From the IMG/VR virus record IMGVR_UViG_3300005077_001151, positions 1-37,657 of that record: a DNA stretch of 37,657 nucleotides, one strand, 5' to 3'. Made by a program: the position numbers and the translations under genes. Positions 18,157 through 26,961 of this stretch are shown here, in pieces; position 1 is the stretch's first letter; each line of letters starts with the position of its first letter. The stretch comes from a virus (taxonomy: Duplodnaviria > Caudoviricetes). The notes under the pieces are model-generated. The model was not told the DNA's origin and made no database searches. It worked only from the letters and a program-made list of their open reading frames with translations.

Positions 18157-18170
18157 GATAATTGGAACCA

Positions 18171-19769
18171 TTATTTATTATTTTTTTTAGAATCAAAAAG
18201 CTCTACTCCTCTGTGCTCATAATCAGAATAAGGTTCGCTGTCAAGAATGACTTGGCCAAGTGCTACGTTTTGCAAAACCTGCACAGACTTCTGCTGATCA
18301 AAATCAGACTCTCTGCCTGCAACAACACCTATCCTAACCGTCTTCATTTTTTTCTCCATCCTCTGCTGATTAATAACCAGCATAAGGTCAACATGAGCGA
18401 GCTTTCTTATGTCCTCTGCTACATGTACCTGAGTGACAAACTGCTTATCGATACTGGATCTGTTGCTTTGACTAGCAGTAACAACAAGAGCGTGCCGTGT
18501 GCTGGCGATGTTCTTTAAAGCCTTCCACGTGTCGTCTATTCTCTCTCTGCCTACTTGCCTGGTGTCCTCTGGGGCAAGTATGTCTGCATAATCTAAAATT
18601 ATAACATCTGGAATAAAATTATCCACCTGCTCTAGTTGATCGATATCAGATTTTATTTCAGACAAGTTTGCAGAAAAAGAAGGATATGAGCCAAACCTAA
18701 AATTTTCACGAAAAGGCTTGTCCAAAGAGCTGAAAAGATTTATCGTGCTGCTCTTTTTCATCTCTGGCTTAGACACCTTTTCATACCAAATGGCTTGAAT
18801 AAAGTCCCTTTGCTTGTTGTTATTTCTACATTCTGTACAGACCTTGTGATTGTACGCATCACGGGCAAAGCCTTCTTCTGTAACTTGTCCTTCAATTTTG
18901 CCAAAGCCAGACCTTTGTTTCTTTTTGCACGAGTCGTCTTGGTTTCTCAAGCAGTCAAAAACCGGATATATAAAGTCACCCGCTGCATCAGCCCTTGCCG
19001 TTATGCGCTTATAGAAGCGCTTCTTCATTCCAAAGGCATCCATCTCCAACGAGATAAATATAACCTTAAATCCGTTGAGCAGCGCCTGAAAAGCAGTCTC
19101 CTGCAGCCAGAACGTCTTGCCTCTTTTTGGAGGGCCTAAAAATGAAACAAGCCATCCTCTTTCAAAGTCTCCTATCATGTCACCGAGTGCGCCAGGAAAT
19201 CTAAAAAGAACATTGGTCTTATCATTCCTGTCATCAAAGTATTTCTTTATCTCCTCTGTTGCAAATATGTTTACAAAGTTCGCAGAAGCTTTCTCTATCC
19301 GTCTAAAGTCAACAAGAGCGCTCTCTGCAGAGTCAAGATTGCCAGCATCAGAGCAAGCCACCAAAGTGTCGCCCAGAATTTTAAGCAGCCTAATCTTGAA
19401 ATAATCAATGGTCTTGTCCAGAATATAATCGATATTTACTCTGCTATCACAGAAGGTCTCACTGTCTATTTTCTTTATTATGTCCCATGTTATGTCCTGC
19501 TCCTCTTTGCTCATGCTACCAGCATTAGAGTGAAAGATCTCTTTTATAAACTTGCCTGGAGACTTTTTATATTTTCTATAATAGACCATACACCAAGCAG
19601 ATATTTTATTTATGTCTGTGTTTTCAAAAGCAGCTTGTCCTCTTTTTCTGTCAACCTGTTCAAGAATAGAGGCACACCTTGAGAGAAACGTGTCGTTGTG
19701 AACCAAGTAGCCAAGAACATTTACTTCAAACTCTGAATCAATCTTCCTTCTTCTGACCCCTGTCGTCAT
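18171..19769 (-). CDS. DnaB-like (SF4) replicative helicase
   Basis: GPPKRGKT, FISLEM, ILDYAD, TASQSNR, AEDIRK. Confidence 0.9.
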   Translation of the reverse strand: MTTGVRRRKIDSEFEVNVLGYLVHNDTFLSRCASILEQVDRKRGQAAFENTDINKISAWCMVYYRKYKKSPGKFIKEIFHSNAGSMSKEEQDITWDIIKKIDSETFCDSRVNIDYILDKTIDYFKIRLLKILGDTLVACSDAGNLDSAESALVDFRRIEKASANFVNIFATEEIKKYFDDRNDKTNVLFRFPGALGDMIGDFERGWLVSFLGPPKRGKTFWLQETAFQALLNGFKVIFISLEMDAFGMKKRFYKRITARADAAGDFIYPVFDCLRNQDDSCKKKQRSGFGKIEGQVTEEGFARDAYNHKVCTECRNNNKQRDFIQAIWYEKVSKPEMKKSSTINLFSSLDKPFRENFRFGSYPSFSANLSEIKSDIDQLEQVDNFIPDVIILDYADILAPEDTRQVGRERIDDTWKALKNIASTRHALVVTASQSNRSSIDKQFVTQVHVAEDIRKLAHVDLMLVINQQRMEKKMKTVRIGVVAGRESDFDQQKSVQVLQNVALGQVILDSEPYSDYEHRGVELFDSKKNNK

Positions 19770-19805
19770 AATTTTTCATCCTCTCTTTTGGACAAGTTAT
19801 GCACT

Positions 19806-21176
19806 TCACTCTTCGTCACTTATTGATATGGTTATATCTTCTGAAGAATTGTGCTCTACAGCATAACGCCTCAAAACAACGCTGTCTTCTGCTGTTTCTA
19901 TTATACTCTCCTTAACCATATAAGCAGGAAGCCTTCGGCTAAACGTTGTCACAGAGCAGAGCCAAGATGGCGTAACCTTATGCCATTCAGAGTGGACATC
20001 CTCTTCTATTGCATTAAAAAAATAATTGCACAAGGACCATAAAGCTCCTCTGCCATCAATGTCAAACATCACACGGTTAAATCTCTTAGAGTTTGCACAG
20101 GCAAAGTCTGTGAGCATTTTGGAAGCCTTCATAAAACATATCTCGTCTGACACAGAAAATCTCTCCGGTCTTACTCTGCCAAGAACCTTATCGACATACA
20201 TATTTTTAATCATGATAGTCAAGTGTTTGTTGCTGTCCTTTTCGGCATCTGCACATTCCTTGCTAAGCTTTGGCTCTTCTTTTAAGTATCTAATGAAAAG
20301 ACTTGAGCAGCCTTTAGGGTTGAAACTGTTTATAACAAACTCTGCTGGGGTCATTTTTGATAGCCGTTTTTTTACAATAGGATTTGTTGGTTCATATTTG
20401 TTGTCCAAAGCTGCAAAAGAAAAGTTACATATGGATCTCTTTATTTCTTCTATGGTGTACTTTCTGCCATCGAAAAGTTTCCCTTGCAGAAGATGTCCAA
20501 ATCTCAAATAAGAATATCTATAGGATTTTGTTTCAGTAGCTGGCAACCTCAGTCCGCAATCTCGCCAGTAAAGAATAAGCTCTTCTACGGCATTGTTTTT
20601 GGCTTGCGGTTTTAACCTTTTGTGATAATTATTATTGGGCTCTGGTAGTAAGCTGGTGGCTCGCGGACGCAGAGGCTGCGCAGCAGCGGCTGTCCTTCTT
20701 CTATGAAGAAATGTAACTCCGTTAGGAGTTATATTTTTCATAGAAGAAGAATATATATTCTTCTTTATTATATCCTTAAAGTTTTCTTTAAGGATAGGAA
20801 GTTGTCGATCCTTAAAGTTTTCTTTAAGGATAGGACGTTTGTTGTCTGTATTTTTAACTATTTTTTTCTGTATGTTTCTTAGTATAAAACTGTTCAGCTT
20901 TTCTCTATGCAGCGTTTTAATAAACCTTCTCCTTGTTCCGCTGTTTACAATATCTATAAGACCGCTCATGCTCAAAGACTTTATTGACTTGCTCACAGTT
21001 TGCACAGATACATTTAAAACATTAGCAAAATACTTGTCAGAAGCAAAGCAGTGCTTGTCGTCGGAGTCAAGAGAGATTATATATCCGTATAAGGAAATGT
21101 CTGTCTTGGAAAGCTCTTGATATTTAGAACACTCATATACTTCGGCAGGGATGACTATGAATTTTTGCTGTTTCAT
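19806..21176 (-). CDS. Replication initiator-like protein with N-terminal winged HTH
   Basis: LYGYIISL...CFASDKYFANVLNVSVQTVSKSIKSL...GLI; internal DNA repeats; upstream of the helicase gene. Confidence 0.7.
   Translation of the reverse strand: MKQQKFIVIPAEVYECSKYQELSKTDISLYGYIISLDSDDKHCFASDKYFANVLNVSVQTVSKSIKSLSMSGLIDIVNSGTRRRFIKTLHREKLNSFILRNIQKKIVKNTDNKRPILKENFKDRQLPILKENFKDIIKKNIYSSSMKNITPNGVTFLHRRRTAAAAQPLRPRATSLLPEPNNNYHKRLKPQAKNNAVEELILYWRDCGLRLPATETKSYRYSYLRFGHLLQGKLFDGRKYTIEEIKRSICNFSFAALDNKYEPTNPIVKKRLSKMTPAEFVINSFNPKGCSSLFIRYLKEEPKLSKECADAEKDSNKHLTIMIKNMYVDKVLGRVRPERFSVSDEICFMKASKMLTDFACANSKRFNRVMFDIDGRGALWSLCNYFFNAIEEDVHSEWHKVTPSWLCSVTTFSRRLPAYMVKESIIETAEDSVVLRRYAVEHNSSEDITISISDEE
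20771..20835. repeat. Two 28-bp direct repeats, each palindromic (ATCCTTAAAG-TTTT-CTTTAAGGAT); candidate origin iterons
   Basis: Copies at 20772-20799 and 20808-20835 are identical (36-bp period), with AT-rich flanks. Confidence 0.8.
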
Positions 21177-21210
21177 TTTTTCTTCCTTCTATTGGTTTGG
21201 CCAGAAGCTT

Positions 21211-21408
21211 TTATGAATTTTTTATAAGATCAGCTTCCTGAAAAATATGTCCTGATATTTCATTTATTTCACATAGAAGATCTTGAGCGCTTATTGGACA
21301 AAATCCAGGAGATCCATCTTCGCTGGCTATAAGTATGATAAGGTTTTTTGTTTTTGATAGCTTCTGCAAAGCGTCTATCAGAAGCTGGGTGTCTTTGAGC
21401 TCTATCAT
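21211..21408 (-). CDS. Hypothetical protein
   Basis: Short ORF filling the operon gap. Confidence 0.45.
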   Translation of the reverse strand: MIELKDTQLLIDALQKLSKTKNLIILIASEDGSPGFCPISAQDLLCEINEISGHIFQEADLIKNS

Positions 21409-21429
21409 TTCATCACCATAAATTAGAAA

Positions 21430-22341
21430 TTAGAATAACGTTTTTACTAGATGATTTGCGTCATCAGGCAGCATGTCTGATGGATCTCCGTCATCCAGAT
21501 AAAGCACCTCTACATATTTTACAAAGGCAGAAATCCTTGCAGCCAGAGCCTCCGCCTTTCTCGGAGCCGAAGGGTCCTTTTTGCGACTATCGAACATAAC
21601 AAAAGCTTTGTTAATATTCTTGTCTCTTATCTCTAATATTTGTTTGCTGGATACTTCTGTGCCCATGGTCGCTATGGAAAGCTCTCCAAGTCTCCATACG
21701 TCTGCTGGGCCTTCGACAATAATAACTCTTTCTTTTTTGATAGAGTCAATATTGTATAGGCATTGTTTGGCAGGACAGACAGCCTCGGCTGCAGGCTGAT
21801 TTTTGTATCTTGGCTCCTGTTTTTCTGTGACGTCTCTTGACGTGAATGTAACAAGGTCTCCGCATTTGTATATTGGAATTATTATCCTGTAACAATATTG
21901 CCCCGTAAAGTGCGAGAACCTTAAATCATACTTGCGTTCTATTTCCTCTGGATCGAAATTTCTTTTCAGAAGATAGTTTCTGTGCAGCTCTGGCATCACC
22001 CCTGAGCATTCTTTTGGAAGACATGTATGTGTTTTTCTGGAGAAGGCTTCTTGTGGCATGTCCTCTCTTGGAAAAGTCCCTCTGTCGTATCGCTGAATTA
22101 TGCGCTCACTTTCGCCGTAACTTATGCCCAGCAAAATAGTAAGCAGTTTTTTGATATGGCCTTTGGCTCCGCATATCCAGCAATGGTAGGCACCAGATGA
22201 TAAATTCACTCCCATATGCCAGCTGCTGTCAGAACAATATGGCATAGGGCATGTCGTCTCAATCCAGCCAGACGATACATTTTTACCTGATGTCTTGTAT
22301 GGGATACCATAATCCCTAAAAATCAGCTCTATATCGACCAT
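21430..22341 (-). CDS. DNA primase (zinc finger + Toprim)
   Basis: CPMPYC..H...CWIC, RIIIPI, VEGPAD, MFD, DPSD. Confidence 0.88.
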   Translation of the reverse strand: MVDIELIFRDYGIPYKTSGKNVSSGWIETTCPMPYCSDSSWHMGVNLSSGAYHCWICGAKGHIKKLLTILLGISYGESERIIQRYDRGTFPREDMPQEAFSRKTHTCLPKECSGVMPELHRNYLLKRNFDPEEIERKYDLRFSHFTGQYCYRIIIPIYKCGDLVTFTSRDVTEKQEPRYKNQPAAEAVCPAKQCLYNIDSIKKERVIIVEGPADVWRLGELSIATMGTEVSSKQILEIRDKNINKAFVMFDSRKKDPSAPRKAEALAARISAFVKYVEVLYLDDGDPSDMLPDDANHLVKTLF

Positions 22342-22398
22342 ATGCAATTTTATACAGGATTTAAAAGTTTTTAACTGAGTGGCTTAAATTGGCCAATT

Positions 22399-23730
22399 TT
22401 AAGACTTCTTTTGCGAGACAGTTGCGCTGTCTATAAAATCTCTTATTATCAGCTGTCCCTTATTTTGGGACTTTCTCAACCCTCTCCCTATGGACTGGAT
22501 GACAGCGGTCTCGCTCTTTCCTCCACCAACTATATACACGCAGTCAAGAGAAGGAATGTTAATGCCCTCTTTCCAGACAACAGAGGCTACCACGGCTTTT
22601 ACTTCTTTGCTTTCGATGGAATGTCTTACTTTGTTTCTATCCTCGGTGGGTGTATCGCCCCAGATAAAAGGCACAGGTCCGACAGAATTTGTCCTGTCTA
22701 TTTTTTGGATTGCTTCCTGGATACAAAACCCGTGCTCTATTTCAGATACATATATCAGACAAGACCGCCCAAGCTCTGCGTCTTTTATGCAATGGCGAGC
22801 AATTATGCCTGTCCTTACTGAGTTGTAAACTATTCCTGATTTCCTTATGCTGCTATACTTTGTTAAGCCTCTTAGGTTTTCGCTGAATGGAATTTTTGCA
22901 AGATAGACCTTTGGCTGAGCGATAAGATCCGATGTCCTTCCTTCTTGGATGCTGATCTCGTCTATTATAGGCCCAAGCAGACCTTCACTTACCAGCGCTT
23001 CTGCTCCTTGCTTTGGTGGAGTTGCGGTTAAACCTATTCTGACGGGAGCCGTGGATCGCAATAGTGTTCTATGATAGTCGCCATCATATACGCAAGCGTG
23101 ATGAGACTCATCAATGATTATTATATCATATGAGCAAAGGGACTCTGTCGGCATAGCTCTGACACTCTGAATGGTTCCAGCAGTTATGATATTCTTGTGC
23201 TTACTGGCAATGTCCTTTTGCCCGCTAAAATAGCAGCTTGTTCGGAAGCCAAACTTGCAGAATTCTTCAACTGCCTGCTTGCACAGATCTATGGTATTTG
23301 TAAGGAAAAGAACTCTGCAGTTCTGCGCTTTCTGGTAGCAGCTAATAATGCCTGCCGCTATGACTGTTTTGCCTGATCCTGGCGGAGCCTTTAGCACTCC
23401 TCTGCTACACAGCAGAGCATTCTTTATCATACGCAACTGGTCTTCACGGAATTCAATATTGTCTATTGCTGGTGGAAAATCATATGTGGGAAATGAATAA
23501 GGAAAAAACGGAGAGGCAACCTCGGGATTGTCATTTATCAGGCGTGGTAATAGACCGGCAAGACAATAACCTTGCCGGTCTATTACTGACTGGATCTTTT
23601 CAACTCTTGTCATGCCGAAACGATCTCTGCGGTATATAACTTTTTTGAAGGTAGGTACTTGCAGGCAGGCACCCACCTTTATCAGGGTGGGGTCTATAAT
23701 CTTAATCTGCTTATTGTCCTCTATGCGCAA
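22399..23730 (-). CDS. Superfamily 2 helicase (UvsW-like)
   Basis: PPGSGKT, IDESHH, GLTATP, EGINIP, QSIGRGLR; TTG start with GGAGG. Confidence 0.9.
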   Translation of the reverse strand: MRIEDNKQIKIIDPTLIKVGACLQVPTFKKVIYRRDRFGMTRVEKIQSVIDRQGYCLAGLLPRLINDNPEVASPFFPYSFPTYDFPPAIDNIEFREDQLRMIKNALLCSRGVLKAPPGSGKTVIAAGIISCYQKAQNCRVLFLTNTIDLCKQAVEEFCKFGFRTSCYFSGQKDIASKHKNIITAGTIQSVRAMPTESLCSYDIIIIDESHHACVYDGDYHRTLLRSTAPVRIGLTATPPKQGAEALVSEGLLGPIIDEISIQEGRTSDLIAQPKVYLAKIPFSENLRGLTKYSSIRKSGIVYNSVRTGIIARHCIKDAELGRSCLIYVSEIEHGFCIQEAIQKIDRTNSVGPVPFIWGDTPTEDRNKVRHSIESKEVKAVVASVVWKEGINIPSLDCVYIVGGGKSETAVIQSIGRGLRKSQNKGQLIIRDFIDSATVSQKKS

Positions 23731-24065
23731 AGGACCTCCCTGGTAAAATTTTTCATCTCATTGACCAACGCATTAAACGACCTTCTATTTAAATTATACT
23801 TCTTTTTTATAAAGCAGAGCACTTTTTTTCTTGATATTTTTTCCTCACAAAGAACAAAGAGTTTTTCATCGTCACCTAGAATAGATGTTACAAGATCTCT
23901 TGCTGTTGCAGACAAAGCTTTTATCTCCTGTTCTATTAGCAATCTGTGGAATGCTTCGTTGTAAGAAACAGGAAAGTCTTCTTGTGCATCGTCCTCTGAT
24001 GGTAGAGGAAGTGTGCCTTGAAAATAGGTATATGCAGCAATCTGCCAAGCAAAACTTTGTTTCAT
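23721..24065 (-). CDS. Hypothetical protein
   Basis: Intact ORF with RBS, overlapping the helicase start. Confidence 0.55.
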   Translation of the reverse strand: MKQSFAWQIAAYTYFQGTLPLPSEDDAQEDFPVSYNEAFHRLLIEQEIKALSATARDLVTSILGDDEKLFVLCEEKISRKKVLCFIKKKYNLNRRSFNALVNEMKNFTREVLCA

Positions 24066-24083
24066 GCTCGCTCTCTCCCTTCT

Positions 24084-24269
24084 CTATATATGCTTCACAG
24101 AAAAACACCGCAGCAGTTTAAAAAAGTTTCGTTTGCTGCGGTGTTTGTAAAATTTTTTCAGCTTACAGTAGCTGTATTCTGTTACATTGTAGTATGTGTA
24201 GCGCTTTTGTCCAAGACATATTATAAGGCTTCCGTCCCTTTGCCAGCTAACAATTTTGATGTCATCCAT
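24084..24269 (-). CDS. KTSC-like small protein
   Basis: L.I......YTYYNV....Y..L.....S...FF pattern. Confidence 0.5.
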   Translation of the reverse strand: MDDIKIVSWQRDGSLIICLGQKRYTYYNVTEYSYCKLKKFYKHRSKRNFFKLLRCFSVKHI

Positions 24270-24279
24270 ATAAACACTA

Positions 24280-24471
24280 CTACTTATCAAGCAAGTCAAG
24301 CGCTCGCCTCAGCAAGCAGCTTACCATATTGCTGATGCTGCGATGCTCGTTTTCACTTGCCTTCTGTATCATTTCCCATAAAGACGCATCGATACTCACG
24401 CCGAGAAATCGCTTCTCAGTTTTGGGACTATTTCTTTTGCCTTCTGATGATTGTCCTTTTTTCACAGTCAC
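24280..24471 (-). CDS. Ribbon-helix-helix (Arc/CopG-like) regulator
   Basis: FLGVSIDASLWEMIQKASENEHRSISNMVSCLL. Confidence 0.75.
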   Translation of the reverse strand: MTVKKGQSSEGKRNSPKTEKRFLGVSIDASLWEMIQKASENEHRSISNMVSCLLRRALDLLDK

Positions 24472-24676
24472 GGTTCTCTCCTTTGTCTTTGTATATTTTT
24501 CTCCACAGGTTCAAAAAATCGTCACTTGTTATTGAGTTAGTCTCGTGGCCTTTTACGTCTACCAGGCAGACCACGGTTGAATCAATATAGTATCCGACTA
24601 TATGTGATCCATACTTGCTCTGAAAATATCTGAGCATAGGCGCATAATCAGGATCTTCTCGCAAATCACACAGCAT
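24428..24676 (-). CDS. Hypothetical protein
   Basis: ORF with GGAGG RBS, overlapping neighbours. Confidence 0.5.
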   Translation of the reverse strand: MLCDLREDPDYAPMLRYFQSKYGSHIVGYYIDSTVVCLVDVKGHETNSITSDDFLNLWRKIYKDKGENRDCEKRTIIRRQKK

Positions 24677-24932
24677 CTGTCGCCCTCCGTCGTTTCAGCG
24701 GACAGGCAAGGCGACGACGATGAATGGTCTTGGCCTTGCTGTCTCTGTGCTGTTTATAATAACCGCTGTCTTCGTATGCCTTCGCTACAGCGGGACATTT
24801 TGCAGCGTCCCATTTTTTGCAGCGCTCTACGCATATTTGCAGCGGCTTGAAGTGCAGACTGTCTTGGCAATACTGAAACAGAGATGAGCCATACTCATAC
24901 TCATACTCATACTCATCTTTGTGCCTTTTCAT
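24666..24932 (-). CDS. Hypothetical Cys-containing basic protein
   Basis: AAAGGAG RBS; (CATACT)4 microsatellite encodes EYEYEYEY. Confidence 0.55.
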   Translation of the reverse strand: MKRHKDEYEYEYEYGSSLFQYCQDSLHFKPLQICVERCKKWDAAKCPAVAKAYEDSGYYKQHRDSKAKTIHRRRLACPLKRRRATDAV

Positions 24933-24950
24933 CCTGCTTGTCGCTCCTTT

Positions 24951-25187
24951 CTAAAGCTCTGACCGATGGAGCTTATTATTGTTTAGAGTGCAAAAATCTT
25001 CCAGCAGATCTTCACGCTCTGTTGTCAGTTCAAGCACGTCGTCCCTTGCCAGCACTGCGTCCAGGCATGCAGAATGGTGTGCTATGCCCTCCATAAAATC
25101 GGCTGTTTCGCCCGCCCAGATAGGACGTCCGCACTCAGGACAGACTGAGAATTGTGTTGCTGTTTTTCTAGTAATTTTGTCAGTCAT
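24951..25187 (-). CDS. Small zinc-binding protein
   Basis: CPECGRPI..GE...HHSAC; GGAGG RBS. Confidence 0.65.
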   Translation of the reverse strand: MTDKITRKTATQFSVCPECGRPIWAGETADFMEGIAHHSACLDAVLARDDVLELTTEREDLLEDFCTLNNNKLHRSEL

Positions 25188-25199
25188 GTTGCCTCCCTC

Positions 25200-25274
25200 T
25201 TACCCTATAACAAGCATTAACATTATTATAATTGCGATAATAAGAAAACATAAAAATTCTTCGACTGTCAACAT
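25200..25274 (-). CDS. Small hydrophobic peptide (24 aa)
   Basis: MLTVEEFLCFLIIAIIIMLMLVIG with AAGGAG RBS. Confidence 0.4.
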   Translation of the reverse strand: MLTVEEFLCFLIIAIIIMLMLVIG

Positions 25275-25295
25275 GTTAATTCTCCTTCCTTCGGT

Positions 25296-25481
25296 TTATG
25301 AATTAATTTCGTTTCGCAAGCACTCCAGCGCCTGCAGCAGCTGCTGCTCTGTTTTCGGAAGATGCTTGCCTTCTCTGATGACGGCATATACCGCTGCCAG
25401 TAAGCCAACAACTCCAACAGACGAAGCCACCTTGCTTACTTGATCAACGGCCATTTTGCTTATGGACTCTTCAAACGTCAT
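25296..25481 (-). CDS. Hypothetical protein
   Basis: Start reassigned to MTFEESI (TAAGGAG RBS). Confidence 0.55.
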   Translation of the reverse strand: MTFEESISKMAVDQVSKVASSVGVVGLLAAVYAVIREGKHLPKTEQQLLQALECLRNEINS

Positions 25482-25513
25482 AGTTTTCTCCTTATGATTT
25501 TTGGTTTTTAATA

Positions 25514-25576
25514 AACCGCCGGCACACTGGGAGCCCGACCAGTACGACCACTGAGACATGGTTCATGCCGGCGGTT
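25514..25576 (-). other. Intergenic three-way-junction RNA structure (candidate)
   Basis: 11-bp closing stem AACCGCCGGCA/TGCCGGCGGTT enclosing two short hairpins. Confidence 0.5.
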
Positions 25577-25590
25577 ATTTATAATTTTTT

Positions 25591-25635
25591 TAGCAAGCTG
25601 TGCTGGTAGCTTCCTACTGCCAGCACAGCTTGCTA
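25591..25635. repeat. Hairpin-forming repeat, copy 1 (inverted relative to 29150-29192)
   Basis: TAGCAAGCTGTGCTGG...CCAGCACAGCTTGCTA 16-bp arms. Confidence 0.85.
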
Positions 25636-25644
25636 GTTATTGCG

Positions 25645-26877
25645 TTATACCATATCAACTCTTGTACCAAATGGCGGATCGTAAAGCCGGCCTGTTGAAC
25701 TCCAGTTGAGCCAAACCACGGGACACAGTGGATCAAGATCTGGTGACGGAAACGATCCAGCCATATCCGTAAAGTAAATTACCGCTGCCGGATCAATCTG
25801 CTCGGAAGCAATATATTGAAACACTGGCTCAAAGTCTGTGCCGCCTCCACCAACTGGGCGAACGTCAGTGGTCATGTCCAGCTCTTCAACATTTTGAATT
25901 TTTTCGTCACAGTGAATCAGAAGAACTGGTTTGGCAAACTGATACTGCGCAACGAACTCTCGAAGCTTGCCGATGAATGTGCCGAGAAGTTGCCGATTGA
26001 TTGATCCGCTAGTATCAAGAGCAACCACTAGCGGCTTATCGATTTCTTGGCTATACAGACCAGGCATTCCAGCGCACCGCCGATTTTGCCGGCTGTAGCT
26101 GTAGTCGCTGCGCGCAGCCTGCTGAATAGCAGCTGCCAAAATTTCTTCCCACGGAGGGTTTGCCTCCAGCATTTCCTCTGCCATTTGACGGACCTGCCCG
26201 CCCGATTTGTCGCCAATGCCTTGGGCCATGCTCACTGCCTGAGCGAGCATCTGCTTTATTCTGTTTTCTTCCTCGGTGATGTCGCCCTCACTCATCGGCG
26301 AGCCATCTTCATTTGTTGGCTCCTCAACTTGCCCCCAAGTTTGAGGCGTGCGGCCAGGAATGCCGCTGCCTTCGCTATCATCGCTGCTATCATCGCTGCC
26401 TTCGCTATCATCGCTGCTATCATCGCTGCCTTCGCTATCATCGCTGCTATCATCGCTGTCTTTCTGCTTCTCAGCTTCACGTTCTTGCACCAAAGCTACA
26501 TAAATCTCTTCCGCGCTCATGCCGCGAAACTGTTCATCCAGCAGTCCTGGAGGCAGCTCATATCGCTCATTGACCAGCATTTGATTAATGCGATAATCGC
26601 ATGCCATATTCCACAGCACAGGATCTCTTCCACAGATGCGAATATGATCCATAAGGTCAGTGTGCATGCCTTCGTGGAGCAGGACTCCTTCAACTTCATC
26701 AACCGAAAGTTTATCAACAAACTCGCGATTCCATTTAATTACACGACCATTCGTTACCATGGTTGGCTGATTGTTGTCTTCTTTGAGCTCCATACCATAC
26801 ACCGTTGCGGCATGAAACAAAGCATCTTGGCCAAGCTTAATCTTGGCGCATATTAATTTTTCTTCGGCGGTTTTCAT
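25645..26877 (-). CDS. Putative metallopeptidase (DUF2201-like, HExxH) + vWA domain protein
   Basis: LHEGMH, WNMACD..IN, acidic linker, MIDAS ALDTSGS, GGGGTDF, YFTD. Confidence 0.88.
   Translation of the reverse strand: MKTAEEKLICAKIKLGQDALFHAATVYGMELKEDNNQPTMVTNGRVIKWNREFVDKLSVDEVEGVLLHEGMHTDLMDHIRICGRDPVLWNMACDYRINQMLVNERYELPPGLLDEQFRGMSAEEIYVALVQEREAEKQKDSDDSSDDSEGSDDSSDDSEGSDDSSDDSEGSGIPGRTPQTWGQVEEPTNEDGSPMSEGDITEEENRIKQMLAQAVSMAQGIGDKSGGQVRQMAEEMLEANPPWEEILAAAIQQAARSDYSYSRQNRRCAGMPGLYSQEIDKPLVVALDTSGSINRQLLGTFIGKLREFVAQYQFAKPVLLIHCDEKIQNVEELDMTTDVRPVGGGGTDFEPVFQYIASEQIDPAAVIYFTDMAGSFPSPDLDPLCPVVWLNWSSTGRLYDPPFGTRVDMV
26364..26458. repeat. 3 x 30-bp coding tandem repeat (SDDSSDDSEG linker)
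   Basis: cgctgccttcgctatcatcgctgctatcat repeated exactly three times. Confidence 0.9.
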
Positions 26878-26961
26878 GATTGTCTCCTTGTAGGTTAGGT
26901 TAGTATTCCTGTTTAGCTCTCAAGAAGTCGCTCAAAATTAATTGAGCGACATGCTTCAAAA

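Noticed and set aside
8817-19769. Inteins or introns in recA, dnaE or the helicase
   Set aside because: Core motifs are contiguous; no intein termini (C...HN) or homing endonuclease motifs seen.
22350-22440. C-terminal truncation of the SF2 helicase
   Set aside because: The tail after motif VI looks short, but all helicase motifs are present and no convincing frameshifted continuation was found.
24890-24916. (CATACT)4 as a phase-variation switch
   Set aside because: A 6-bp unit preserves the reading frame, so slippage would not switch the gene off.
25514-25576. HDV-like ribozyme or purine riboswitch
   Set aside because: GCCGGCAUG resembles the HDV 5' end, but the nested pseudoknot could not be built, and purine-riboswitch junction sequences are absent.
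26364-26458. 30-bp repeats as CRISPR or regulatory array
   Set aside because: Head-to-tail in-frame repeats encoding an acidic linker; no spacers.
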